A stretch of DNA of 64,000 nucleotides from Eledone cirrhosa (GCA_964016885.1 OZ024747.1:24986001-25050000); one strand, 5' to 3'; shown: positions 26,147 to 41,017, counted from the first letter of the stretch. The notes: generated by a model not told the origin, from the letters alone. Numbers and translations: made by a program.

Positions 26147-26779
26147 AATATATATATATATAAATATATAGTTAAATGAATAGAGGTGTAACACACAAGT
26201 TATTATATATTGGTAAACGGAATAGAAAATGCTGACAAATTGTTCACAGTTGAAAAATGGTTTAATTAGGAATAAAAGAGTATTAGTGATTGTATGGGTT
26301 AGTATTCAGTTGTGGTTTTAAGTTTTTAAGTTTTTACCGGTTGCGCATTTCTAAATGCTTTTCAAAAATAATTTTGAGATAGAGTGTCCGTGCTGTTTGC
26401 TCTGATCTGATTAGTTTTGGGAATTCTACCTGTTTTTATGTTAAAAAAGTGGCTCCAGCGCTACTTTGGTGTTGCAAAATTTCTTGTGGTCAAAACAATT
26501 TTGATTGGTCGGTAGAGGTGATGTGAGTGTAAAAAATTGATTTTGCGCCAAGACTGTTTTTATGTTAAAAAAGAGGCTCCAGCAACAATTCTTGTGGTCA
26601 AAACAATTTAGATTGGTCGGTAGAGGTCATGTGAATAAAAAATTGGTTTTGCGCCAAGATTGAGAAATGACTCTTTCACAACAAATATGTGTGTGTGTGT
26701 GTGTGTGTGTAGTAGTAGTAGTAAGGTGTTCGATGTTGTGATAATGGTTAGCAGCGATGTGTGTCAAATGGCTATTGAG

Positions 26780-26881
<102 letters not shown>

Positions 26882-27509
26882 CAGAGTAATTCGTGGTGGC
26901 AGGGATGGTCAGTAAGAATGTGTCTGAAAGCAATGGGGGGTATTTTAGCATGTCAAAAGATATTTTTCAGCTTTTGTCTTATACGGAGAAGTGCGTGTGT
27001 GTGTGTATATATAAGTCTCTTTGTATGTTGATGTACGCGTTTGTATGTGTGTGTGTATATATGTGTGTGTGTGTGTGTGTGGTTGACCAGTATTGTTTTC
27101 CCCCTGGTAAAATGGTGTACATTATTCGATTTTTTCAGTAAAATCGGTTCTCTTAATAGAACATCAAAAATCTTAACAATAAAAGGTGTGAAATGATATT
27201 CACTATATATATATACACACATACATATATTCACCATATACATATACATATACATATATATATATATATATACATATATACATATATATACACATATATA
27301 TGCACATATATTTTTTTGTGTTGCACCATAGAGCATGTGTGTTTACGTATGTCATTGTGTTTATATGTGGGTAGAGATGTGTGCTGATGTAGGTATGTAT
27401 GTTGACGTGTGTATGTTGTGGGTTCGTCTTAGGGAGAAGTGTTTAGACGGGGTCCGTATTTGTTAATGAAGTAAGATTCCTTGCTGATGCGCTGGGTGTG
27501 GGTGGCATT

Positions 27510-29122
27510 ATAAGTAAGGCATGCAAGGAAGCCACAGACATAGTCATCAATGTCCCCTCACCCAATGATCTCAAATTAAGACCTATAATAGCAGGCCCCG
27601 CTTGCAAAACGCACCGTCTTAGCAACTTCATTGATACCCTTCTCAAACCCTTCCTCAAGCACATCAAAAGCTATATAAGGGACGACCTAGATATGCTCAA
27701 TCACCTCCCTAATATGCCACTTCCTGAACAAACCCTACTAGTGACGTTCGATGTAGTCAACCTATACTCCAACATCCCCCACAACCTAGGAATAGAAGCT
27801 ATCCAATTCTGGCTGGATAATTTCCACAATGAACTCCCACAACGCATCAAAAAAGAATTCGTGATAGAGGGACTCAAATTTATCTTGGAGAACAATTACT
27901 TCGTTTTCAATAACAAACCCTACAGGCAGAAATCTGGGACCGCTATAGGAACGAAAACAGCCCCCAGTTATGCCAACCTAGTCATGGGATACCTGGAAAT
28001 CACCCTCTACACTAAAGTCCTAAACAAATTTGGAAACACCCTCCACTTACACATTGAAAGGAACTGGAAGCGATATCTAGATGACTGCTTCATCCTTTGG
28101 CACGAAAACATCGAAAAACTTATAGAATTTCACACCCTTATAAATGGGCTCAACACAAATATTAACTTCACCATGGAATACAGCCATCAACAACTCCCCT
28201 TCCTCGACATCCTCATTAAGATCCATAACAAAAAATAGAAACAGACATATACTACAAGCCCACAGACTCCAAGCAATATCTCCCCTTCAACTCTTGCCAC
28301 CCTAGACAGGTTAAAATTAATATTCCCTACAACTTAGCCAAAAGAATCTGTACTATAGTCTCCAATAAAAACATCTGCTACTTACGGCTACAAGAACTAA
28401 AGGACACACTCATAGGCAGGGACTACCCTGCATCACTAATTGACAATGGAATCCAACGTGCCCTAAAACTCAGTACCCAGGACCTTAGACACCCTAAAGT
28501 AAATCAACCGAAACTAAAAGCTCTTCCATACATCTCCACACACAACCCCCTCAACAATGAGGCCTTTGACACCATCCTCCAAAACATCCCTGTATTGAAA
28601 AAGGACCATAGAATGAACCAAATTCTACGAACACACGATATCATAAAGAGCAAAAGACAATCCAAGTCAATGAAAAACATCTTAACACATGCCAAAGTAC
28701 TGCCAACCACAACAACGAAACCCACAGTAAAAAAATGCGATAGACCCAACTGTGGCATTTGCATCAACCTAATAGAGGGTTCGGAATTCTATTTCAAAGA
28801 TGGACAACGTTTTATAGTAAAACACAATTTCACATGTGCATCGGAAAATCTAATATATGTATTAACTTGTTCAGGTTGTCGAGAACAATACATAGGCCAG
28901 ACCAAAAACAGCCTCCGCCAACGCATGACTGTCCATAGATCCCAAATTAAAATACGGGAATACAGGAGTGAACACATTGATACCTGTGCCGCCCAAAATC
29001 ATCCCAACTTCAGAATCTTTCCCCTCTACAAATTTAAAGATAATGCCACCCACACCCAGCGCATCAGCAAGGAATCTTACTTCATTAACAAATACGGACC
29101 CCGTCTAAACACTTCTCCCTAA
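27510..29122 (+). pseudogene. PLE RT + GIY-YIG, frameshifted near 28235
   Basis: LRPIIAG, TFDVVNLYSNIP, GTAIGTKTAPSYAN, RYLDD, LPFLD; after the shift TDIYYKPTD, then CDRPNCGIC and NLIYVLTCSGCREQYIGQT. Confidence 0.9.
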
Positions 29123-29452
29123 GACGAACCCACAACATACACACGTCAACATACATACCTACATCAGCACACATCTCTACCCACATATAAACACAATGAC
29201 ATACGTAAACACACATGCTCTATGGTGCAACACAAAAAAATATATGTGCATATATATGTGTATATATATGTATATATATATATATATGTATATAGTGAAT
29301 ATATGTATGTGTGTATATATATATAGTGAATATCATTTCACACCTTTTATTGTTAAGATTTTTGATGTTCTATTAAGAGAACCGATTTTACTGAAAAAAT
29401 CGAATAATGTACACCATTTTACCAGGGGGAAAAAAATACTGGTCCAACCACC

Positions 29453-29514
<62 letters not shown>

Positions 29515-29658
29515 TACACACGCGTACATCAACATACAAAGAGACTTATATACACACACTTCTCCGTATAAGACAAAAGCTGAAAAATATCTTTTGACAT
29601 GCTAAAATACTTTCAGACACATTCTTACTGACCATCCCTGCCACCACGAATTACTCTG

Positions 29659-29692
<34 letters not shown>

Positions 29693-30002
29693 ATCTCAAT
29701 AGCCATTTGACACACATCGCTGCTAACCATTATCACAACATCGAACACCTTACTACTACTACTACTACACACACACACACACACACACACATATTTGTTG
29801 TGAAAGAGTCATTTCTCAATCTTGGCGCAAAACCAATTTTTTATTCACATGACCTCTACCGACCAATCAAAATTGTTTTGACCACAAGAAATTTTGCAAC
29901 ACCAAAGTAACGCTGGAGCCACTTTTTTAACATAAAAACAGGTAGAATTCCCAAAACTAATCAGATCAGAGCAAACAGCACGGACACTCTATCTCAAAAT
30001 TA

Positions 30003-30040
30003 TTTTTGAAAAGCATTTAGAAATGCGCAACCGGTAAAAA
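30003..30040 (+). ncRNA. Degenerate U3-A8 hammerhead-like motif of PLE-C (mirror 26331-26368)
   Basis: TTT-TTGAAAA-GCATTT/AAATGC-GCAA(for GAAA)-CCGG-TA-AAA; same layout as 39257-39294 but with A13C and a weak stem I. Confidence 0.4.
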
Positions 30041-30160
30041 CTTAAAAACTTAAAACCACAACTGAATACTAACCCATACAATCACTAATACTCTTTTATT
30101 CCTAATTAAACCATTTTTCAACTGTGAACAATTTGTCAGCATTTTCTATTCCGTTTACCA

Positions 30161-30241
<81 letters not shown>

Positions 30242-30298
30242 TAGATATATATAAATATATATATATATATAAATATAAATATAGATATATATAAATAT

Positions 30299-30329
<31 letters not shown>

Positions 30330-30382
30330 AATATAGATATATATATAAATGTAGATATATATATATAAATATATATATATAA

Positions 30383-30440
<58 letters not shown>

Positions 30441-30457
30441 TTAAATATATATAAATA

Positions 30458-31840
30458 TCATCATCATCATCACCGTTTTACGTCCGTTCTTCTACGCTAG
30501 CATGGGTTAGACGGGTTGTCCTGTTGTGGGCAGTGTCTGGTCGGCTGACCATGCCTTGCTCATACAGGAACTGATCTGGCTTGATTTCTACAGCTGGATG
30601 CCCTTCCTAACACCAACCTCATTTACAGTGAGTGCTGGGTGCTTGTTCGTGGCGCCTACACGTCCACTATACAGTGTGGGCTGGGTGCTTTTTTTGCCGT
30701 GGCACCTCCACGACCACCTTGCGGTGGGGGGGGGGGCATATTGTCTATATGCTTCAGCTTGTACCCATGGGAGGTCGGGTACTCTGTATTTCTGCGTGAC
30801 GCCAGAAGTCACGGTCGTGTGTCATTGTCTTTGAGAGGTGTAATTGGGTAAGGTCGGCTTTTATCACCTCATCCCAGGTCATCTTGGGTCTCCCCACTCC
30901 GCGGTTTCCATCAACTTCTAGTGCTCTGGACCTTTTTATGCAGCTGTCATCCTTCATACACATCACGTGTCCATACCAGCGCAACCGCCTCTCCTGCACA
31001 CAGCATTTGATTCCTCTTATGCTCAGTCTCTCTCTCAATTCATTTATGCTTTGTCGTTCACGTATATTACTGTTACACATCCATCGGAGCATGCAGGCTT
31101 CGTTTCTCTCTAATCTACGTAAGTCTTCCACCTTCAGCGCCCAGGTCTCACTACCATGCAACATCGCTGTTCGGATACACGCATCATACAGTCTGCCTTT
31201 CATTCTGAGGGAGAAGCCTTTTGCAGCTAGTAGTGGTAGTAGTTCCCTAAACTTCTTCCATCCCGTTCTTACCCTAGTTATTGTACTTTCTGAACACCCA
31301 CCTCCGTTGCTAATTCGGTCACCTAGGTAGCAGAAGCTGTCTACTGTTTCTACAGGGCCCTCCCAAAGATTGGTGGTACTTGTTTCCTGTGGCTGTTTGC
31401 TGCTTGCTGTCTCAGCACAGCTGCTGCATGTGAATCCTACATTCTTAATTAAGCTTCCTGAGATCCCGCTACATCTCTTGTGTGCCCATTGTTTGCATTT
31501 GGGGCAGAGAATGGAGTTCCTACCTACACCTTTCCTACATACTGAGCAAGGCCATTTCCCTGAGCGGATCTGGGTTCTGTTTTCTCGTCTACTTACAAGG
31601 ACCTTAGTATTTGTCATGTTGACTTTGAGACCCTTTCTTTCTAGTCCCTGCTTCCAAGTTTGGAATTTATTCTCTAGTTCTACCATAGATTCAGCTATGA
31701 GTGCGAGGTCATCAGCATACAGGAGTTTCCATGGGCATCTGGTCTTAAACTCCTCCGTTATTGCCTGCAGGACTATGATGAACAGGAGAGGGCTAAGAAC
31801 AGAGCCCTGGTGGACCCCAACCTGTACGCTAAATTCCTCT
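30458..31840 (-). mobile_element. RTE LINE (second subfamily), 5'-truncated, (GAT)n tail
   Basis: ORF 30754-31686 is homologous to 18448-20022, including the C4HC3 finger; catcat tail at the left end. Confidence 0.9.
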
Positions 31841-31855
31841 ATATAAATATATATT

Positions 31856-31889
<34 letters not shown>

Positions 31890-32644
31890 AACATATAGGT
31901 ACGTTATTCCGGGTTGAATCGGAGGTAACCACAGTAAGTAAGGTACTCAATACATTGCAGAGTATAAAAGTTTTAATATAGATGAGATTCTACAGGACTA
32001 GAACTGTTTCATTCTTTAGAAATCATCAGGAATCTGGGTATCAAAAAATAAGTATGGTATTTATACAAGTGGTAGGAGAGGGTGGGGAGTGGGATGGGTG
32101 TAGGTCATTGGTTGATAGAAGAGGGAATTCATTAAAAGCTAATTCTACAAAGCTATAGTTTATTTTTATTTTAATTTTTATTTATTTTTGTTTTTAGAGT
32201 AACAAAGGCAGACAGAATTCTATAAACAGGTTCAGGATGGCATGCCATTCCTTATTATTAAGTTTCTCTTAAGCTAACAGGTGTCTATAAGATCAGTGGG
32301 GGGTCAGTCATGGTAGATAGATTTAAAGGAAAGGGAGATTCTTTAATAGCTAAAATCATTAAGGTTCTACTAAGTGACAAAGGTTTAGAGAATTCTGTAG
32401 ACAAATTCAGAATATTAAGTGCATATCTTACAATTATCCTCAAATTACTCTTAAACTATTCAACTATATGCCAAAAAACAACAGACACATTCACAAGACA
32501 CACTCACTAACACACTCGCGCGCACCCATAAACACACATACACAGACACACATATACACAGACACACATATAAATATATTTATATATATAAATATACACA
32601 TACATACATACACATACATACACACACACATACTCACATATGTA

Positions 32645-32694
<50 letters not shown>

Positions 32695-32731
32695 CATATA
32701 TACAGACATGCACACACATATATATATATAT

Positions 32732-32778
<47 letters not shown>

Positions 32779-32833
32779 TATATACACATATATATATATA
32801 CACACATATATATATAAAAATACATACATAAAA

Positions 32834-32878
<45 letters not shown>

Positions 32879-32917
32879 TATACATATATAGACATATATA
32901 TATATATATATATATAT

Positions 32918-32956
<39 letters not shown>

Positions 32957-33019
32957 TATATAAGGAAAAAATGTTTTGTTCCCGTTCATTTTTTCCTTAT
33001 ATATGTGTATATGTGTGTA

Positions 33020-33062
<43 letters not shown>

Positions 33063-33079
33063 GTGTGTATATATGTATA

Positions 33080-33132
<53 letters not shown>

Positions 33133-33152
33133 TTTTATGTATTTTTATATAT

Positions 33153-33192
<40 letters not shown>

Positions 33193-33339
33193 ATATATGT
33201 ATATGTGTATATATATATATATAGAGAGAGAGATTACAGTAATCAAAGTTCAGTTTAAGTCATTTATTTGCTTACAATTGTTTCCTCCAAGCCGAGGTTT
33301 GGATTCTTCGGAGCAACTATTTATAACATACTTGACCTC

Positions 33340-34248
33340 ATTAAAGGAAACAAATCACCAGACATAAAAAACAGAAATAGAAGAAGAAATAATACATTTT
33401 TCAACCCTCCTTTCAATTTAAACGTCTCTACCAACCTTCCTAGGGCTTTCTTCTCACTACTAGATAAACACTTCCCATCCAGCCACAGGTACCACGGCCT
33501 TTTAAACAAAAACACTATTAAGATCTCATACTCTACTATGCCTAACTTAGCATACCACATAGCTAGTACAAATAAAAGAAAAATTAATTCTTACTTCCAA
33601 CAAACTAAATCACAACGGTCGATAAACCTTCAAAATAACATTCAAAATAACAGTCAAAGTAACATTATAACAAATAACCGTAATATCAATGGAAATAATA
33701 GTAATAGCACTAGTGTAAACATTAACGCTGCGTACCACAACCCGCATAACCATAACCCTATAGCTAACATCCAAACTTCTACACAGCATAGTAACCGGCA
33801 GACTAGCACCCAGAGTAATTGTAACTGTAGATCAAGTAGAACCTGCCCTTTAGATAAAAAATGCTTAACCAAGGATATTATATACTCATGTACAGTCACA
33901 ACTAACAGCTCTTCTGAAACCTACATAGGCTCCACTTCTAACTGCTTCAAAACTAGATACAATTCGCTCCTCCACTCTTTCAAAAAACACAGTCTAGCCA
34001 ACTCCACTTCACTATCTAGCTACATACACTATCTAAAAACTAAAAATAAAATATATACACTTAAATGGGAAGTGGTAGGTAGTGCAACATCGTACAAACC
34101 ACCTGATAAATTTTGTAACCTCTGTCTACTAGAGACCCATACTATCATCTTCTCTAAACATAATCTCCTTAATAAAAAATCAGAAGTGTTCGCAAATTGC
34201 CAACACCGCTTCCGACACTCGTTCCAAAACTTTAAACCCTATATATAA
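33340..34248 (+). CDS. PLE thumb + Asn-rich linker + GIY-YIG endonuclease (5'-truncated)
   Basis: FFNPPFN, HFPSSHRYH, CNCRSSRTCPLDKKCL, IIYSC, YIGST, FKTR, CNLC, LLNKK and CQH. Confidence 0.88.
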   Translation: MKGNKSPDIKNRNRRRNNTFFNPPFNLNVSTNLPRAFFSLLDKHFPSSHRYHGLLNKNTIKISYSTMPNLAYHIASTNKRKINSYFQQTKSQRSINLQNNIQNNSQSNIITNNRNINGNNSNSTSVNINAAYHNPHNHNPIANIQTSTQHSNRQTSTQSNCNCRSSRTCPLDKKCLTKDIIYSCTVTTNSSSETYIGSTSNCFKTRYNSLLHSFKKHSLANSTSLSSYIHYLKTKNKIYTLKWEVVGSATSYKPPDKFCNLCLLETHTIIFSKHNLLNKKSEVFANCQHRFRHSFQNFKPYI

Positions 34249-35771
34249 TAATGTCAGACTGGAACCGGCACCACCCCTAGCAATTAACATCAGTAGCACA
34301 CCTTACACCTCACATCCACACCCATCTCTATACTCTAAAGATAATACTGACAGCATCTTAGTACCACCTACCCTGGGAATACCCCCTTGTACCTCTAATA
34401 CTGATATCTCGACCGTGGACTACTTATTCTGCATTGCACAAATATAAGATTAGTATAAATTGGGGACACGGTACTGGTTGCGATAGCATAGTCCTGTGCA
34501 TGGATTACCACCAAGAGATAGATTGATGATTAGATAGATAATCGTATTGTTAAGTGATTATATACTGTAAGCGATCAGTTCAATGAATTATGCACGTAAT
34601 CATCTTGATGTGAACTCCTTTAGTACCTATTAATAGACTCCACTCTAGCTTGGAGATGTGATACATAATTGATTTATATTTGAGACGGGGGTTGTCTATT
34701 GCTTGATGGCCAGACTAGTGCATTTATATGAGAGATTGGATCTCCGGACCATACCGAAGATTTACTGGAGATGCAGGCATGCAATGACCCGGAGCCTACC
34801 GGGTGGCATATATAATAGTGGGACCATACCAGGTCCTACTGTTATATTACATTTGCATGGAGCAGTGACTTGAGAGTCTGACTCCTCTTATAGAACGTTC
34901 AGATATGACACCCCTTAATTAATGGATGGTAATCATCCTAATATATACACCCTTGTACTTCTTAATGGACAACTCTCTAACCTATAAATGGGTAACATAC
35001 TCTAGATATTAGTTATAACGTCACATGATAGGCACGTATTTGAATCACCATTAATGTAGTTTAGCATAGTAATGTAACTAAGATAACTAGCTAGTTACCT
35101 CCCCTTACGCATAATTCCCCTTAGTCATTCAGGCACTTCCGGAATCTGGACAGCATGATATATTAATTAAGAACCGACTGGATACGGTTTATAGCTTGAC
35201 TATATGCTGAACCACCGCGAATTATACGATAGACGCGTGTTCTCTATATATATATTGCGTCTCATGGATTATGTGAGTGGTGGTGTGAGCAAGGACAGTG
35301 GTACGGCCTTGCCTACGATACAATAAGGTTTATAGTATGTTGAAGGTTTTTGATATTTTGGTGTTTCCCCGCATCCGAGACTGTATATCATACAGATGTA
35401 TGAGAATAAATGACTTAATAATTCAGCCTACATAATAAGATCGATTGCCTGCTTCAACTGCCTGACCCTGCAAATATCATTCTGACGCACTCTAATCATG
35501 TATAAATAAGACACGCGTGCATGCTACACGGGAGATTGTTTCATACACTGACTACTCTAAGCTTTCCTCTTGCTTTATCTTCATAGACTGCCAACGCTTC
35601 ATGTTTATCTTTATTTTCACTCTTGTTTTTATTTTATTTTTATCCTGTAACCTTTATATGTAAATTGCCATGCTATATCATTTGATGAATGTCACCCCAC
35701 TGTTGATCAATATGCGCATATGTTTTATGTGTCTCTTGGGTTGAAAAGGAGGTCAAGTATGTTATAAATAG

Positions 35772-35820
35772 TTGCTCCGAAGAATCCAAACCTCGGTTTG
35801 GAGGAAACAATTGTAAGCAA
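35772..35820 (+). ncRNA. Type I hammerhead, U4C core (mirror 33268-33316, minus)
   Basis: TTGCT-CCGAAGA-aTCCAAACC/GGTTTGGAg-GAAAC-AATT-GTA-AGCAA. Confidence 0.7.
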
Positions 35821-36028
35821 ATAAATGACTTAAACTGAACTTTGATTACTGGAATCTCTATATAACTGCTCTGTAAAACAACTGATGTTATTAAATTGAG
35901 CTATTTATCTTACTGGTAATAGGATAGTAATTAATGACTATCTCTCACTATTTATGGTTTGTGTATATATAATATATTACCATTAAAGGTTTTATTGCAT
36001 ACATAACCATAAATAGTACCCTTAATAC

Positions 36029-36060
<32 letters not shown>

Positions 36061-36080
36061 CATGTGTGTATATATGTATG

Positions 36081-36111
<31 letters not shown>

Positions 36112-36714
36112 GTGTACATATGTGTGTATGTGTGTGTGTATGTATGTGTATGTATGTATGTGTATATTTATATATATAAATATATTTATATGTGTGTCTG
36201 TGTATGTGTGTTTATGGGTGCGCGCGAGTGTGTTAGTGAGTGTGTCTTGTGAATGTGTTTGTTGTTTTTTGGCATATAGTTGAATAGTTTAAGAGTAATT
36301 TGAGGATAATTGTAAGATATGCACTTAATATTCTGAATTTGTCTACAGAATTCTCTAAACCTTTGTCACTTAGTAGAACCTTAATGATTTTAGCTATTAA
36401 AGAATCTCCCTTTCCTTTAAATCTATCTACCATGACTGACCCCCCCGCCCCCACTGATCTTATAGACACCTGTTAGCTTAAAAGAAACTTAATAATAAGG
36501 AATGGCATGCCATCCTGAACCTGTTTATAGAATTCTGTCTGCCTTTGTTACTCTAAAAACAAAAATAAATAAAAATTAAAATAAAAATAAACTATAGCTT
36601 TGTAGAATTAGCTTTTAATGAATTCCCTCTTCTATCAACCAATGACCTACACCCATCCCACTCCCCACCCTCTCCTACCACTTGTATAAATACCATACTT
36701 ATTTTTTGATACCC

Positions 36715-36765
36715 AGATTCCTGATGATTTCTAAAGAATGAAACAGTTCTAGTCCTGTAGAATCT
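36715..36765 (+). ncRNA. Canonical type I hammerhead (mirror copy 31985-32035, minus)
   Basis: AGATTC-CTGATGA-tTTCTaaAGAAt-GAAACAG-TTCTAGTC-CTGTA-GAATCT: 6-bp stem I, 4-bp stem III, GUA site. Confidence 0.8.
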
Positions 36766-36823
36766 CATCTATATTAAAACTATATAAATATATATATATA
36801 TATAAATATATATATATATAAAT

Positions 36824-36888
<65 letters not shown>

Positions 36889-36951
36889 AATATATATATA
36901 TATAAATATATATATAAATATATATATATATATAAATATATATATAAATAT

Positions 36952-37261
<310 letters not shown>

Positions 37262-37457
37262 GCATATATAAATATATATATATATATATGCATATATATA
37301 TATATATAAATATATATATATAAATATATATATATATAAATATATATATATAAATATAAATATATATAAATATATATATATAAATATAAATATATATAAA
37401 TATATATATATAAATATATAAATATATATATATAAATATATAAATATATATATATAA

Positions 37458-37508
<51 letters not shown>

Positions 37509-37521
37509 AATATATATATAA

Positions 37522-37634
<113 letters not shown>

Positions 37635-37641
37635 AATATAT

Positions 37642-37694
<53 letters not shown>

Positions 37695-37701
37695 AATATA
37701 T

Positions 37702-37734
<33 letters not shown>

Positions 37735-37749
37735 AATATATATATATAA

Positions 37750-37895
<146 letters not shown>

Positions 37896-37919
37896 ATATA
37901 TATATATATATAAACATAT

Positions 37920-37985
<66 letters not shown>

Positions 37986-38075
37986 ATATATATATATATA
38001 TAAACATATATATATATATATAAACATATATATATATATATAAACATATATATATATATATAAACATATATATAT

Positions 38076-38108
<33 letters not shown>

Positions 38109-38246
38109 AACATATATATATATATATAAACATATATATATATATATATAAACACATATATATAAACATATATATATATATATATAAACATATATATAAA
38201 CATATATATATATATATATAAACATATATATATATATATATATATA

Positions 38247-38282
<36 letters not shown>

Positions 38283-38319
38283 TATATAAACATATATATA
38301 TATATATATATAAACATAT

Positions 38320-38350
<31 letters not shown>

Positions 38351-38389
38351 AATATATATAAACATATATATATATATATATATAAACAT

Positions 38390-38424
<35 letters not shown>

Positions 38425-38478
38425 AATATATATAAATATATATATATATAAATATATATATATAAATATATATATATA

Positions 38479-38514
<36 letters not shown>

Positions 38515-38688
38515 AATATATATAAATATATATATATATAAATATATATATATATAAATATATATATATAAATATATATATATAAATATATATATTATAA
38601 TATATATATATATATATATATAAATATATATATATATAATATATATATATATAAATATATATATATAAATATATATATAATATATAGA

Positions 38689-38838
<150 letters not shown>

Positions 38839-39216
38839 AATATATATATATATAAATATATTTATATATATATATAAATACATATAGTATATATATATAA
38901 ATACATATATATATATAAATAAATACATATATATAGTATAAAAATATATATATATATATATAATAAATATATATATATATATATATAAATACATATATAA
39001 ATATATATATATATATATATAATATATATATATAATAAATTCATATATATATATATAAATATATATATATATAAATTCATATATATATATATAAATATAT
39101 ATATAAATATATATATATATAAATACATATATATATATATAAATACATATATATATAAAATACATATATATATATATATAAATACATATATATATATATA
39201 TATAAATACATATATA

Positions 39217-39457
39217 TGAGATGTGAGAAAAACCACAGACCCTCCATCTCAACTCACCTTTTGAAAAGCAGAAGAACTGCGAAACCGGTAAAGGAACCAA
39301 ATAAATATATATATTTAAAAAAAAAAAAAAAAAAAAAAAATAAGACTTCAGTTGCATTTTCGATTTCATCCCTTTTTCTTTATACTTCCACTCATGTAGG
39401 ACACCTCGGTTATTTTTCATTTTGTAAAAAAAACCTCACTTAAACCTCACTTTCTAA
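39217..39457 (+). mobile_element. Isolated PLE-type 3' end within (TA)n
   Basis: ~240-bp island containing the hammerhead at 39257-39294. Confidence 0.6.
39257..39294 (+). ncRNA. Minimal type I hammerhead, U3-A8 variant
   Basis: CCTT-TTGAAAA-GCAG-AAGAA-CTGC-GAAAC-CG-GTA-AAGG. Confidence 0.75.
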
Positions 39458-40248
39458 TATAAATACATATATATATATATATAAATACATATATATATAT
39501 ATAAATACATATATATATATATAAATACATATATATATATATAAATACATATATATATATATATAAATACATATATATATATATATATAAATACATATAT
39601 ATATATATATATAAATACATATATATATAAATACATATATATATATATATATAAATACATATATATATATATATAAATACATATATATATATATAAATAC
39701 ATATATATATATATATATAAATACATATATATATATATATAAATACATATATATATATATATAAATACATATATATATATATAAATACATATATATATAT
39801 ATAAATACATATATATATATATAAATACATATATATATATATAAATACATATATATATATATATAAATACATATATATATATATATATAAATACATATAT
39901 ATATATATATAAATACATATATATATATATATAAATACATATATATATATATATAAATACATATATATATATATATAAATACATATATATATATATATAA
40001 ATACATATATATATATATATAAATACATATATATATATATAAATACATATATATATATATATAAATACATATATATATATATATAAATACATATATATAT
40101 ATATATAAATACATATATATATATATATAAATACATATATATATATATATATAAATACATATATATATATAAATATATATATATAAATATATAAATATAT
40201 ATATATAAATATATAAATATATATATAAATATATATATATATATAAAT

Positions 40249-40319
<71 letters not shown>

Positions 40320-40344
40320 AATATATATATATATAAATATATTT

Positions 40345-40962
40345 AATACAATAACAGAGATAGCTTAAAGCTAAACTCTGACTGGTAACCATCTCACTCA
40401 ACAAACATTAGGTTAAATGTTAATATAAACCCAATTTAAGTGTTTGGGGTGCTAACTATATGTATTTTGTGGAAAGCCAGTTGTATTATTTTATGAGATA
40501 TAATTAAAGTTAAAATATATCTTTCTTTCCAAACAATTGTTTCATTATAGGTTTTCTACAAATTAGGAGATTGTTTCCAGTTTATGTAGAAGCCTAACAT
40601 ATATTCATTTAACAATATATTTAGATGGGTGCTTATAAATCATCAGTGGAAGCCCATTAAACTTTGATATAAGAAAAAATTCTTACCACAGTTAAAAATC
40701 GTGTCTGTTAAGCTGCTCCTTCACGCATCGAATGACCGCCAAATTTGAAATTCCAGCAGTTTTTGACTGAGGAAGTATTATAGCGTCACGAAGCGGGAAA
40801 GGGAGACAACCAATACACGAGAAAAGAAAAAATAATATTCACGCGGGTTAATTAGTTTTTTCAAAAACATTATCAATCCAACGTGTTAAGAACTCAATTG
40901 AAGTTAAAAAAATAAATACATGCATGTATTAATTACACATGCATATAGATATTTTCTTAGGC
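40345..40962 (-). mobile_element. Second copy of the 8486-9465 non-coding hammerhead element
   Basis: Reverse-complement similarity, with the same terminus (ctctgttattgtattaa). Confidence 0.75.
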
Positions 40963-40967
40963 TATAT

Positions 40968-41000
<33 letters not shown>

Positions 41001-41017
41001 AATATATATAAATATAT

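Larger units (their letters stand above)
33229..36030 (+). mobile_element. Penelope-like element PLE-D (GIY-YIG only) nested in a (TA)n tract
   Basis: 33229-33339 mirrors 35749-35859; tail 35861-36030 on the right arm only. Confidence 0.88.
31877..36781. mobile_element. Non-coding palindromic PLE-derived insertion, centre ~32980, right arm interrupted by PLE-D
   Basis: ~31970-32973 mirrors 32987-33222 plus 36031-36781. Centre is aaggaaaaaatg/cattttttcctt; tail 31877-31968 on the left arm only. Confidence 0.85.
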
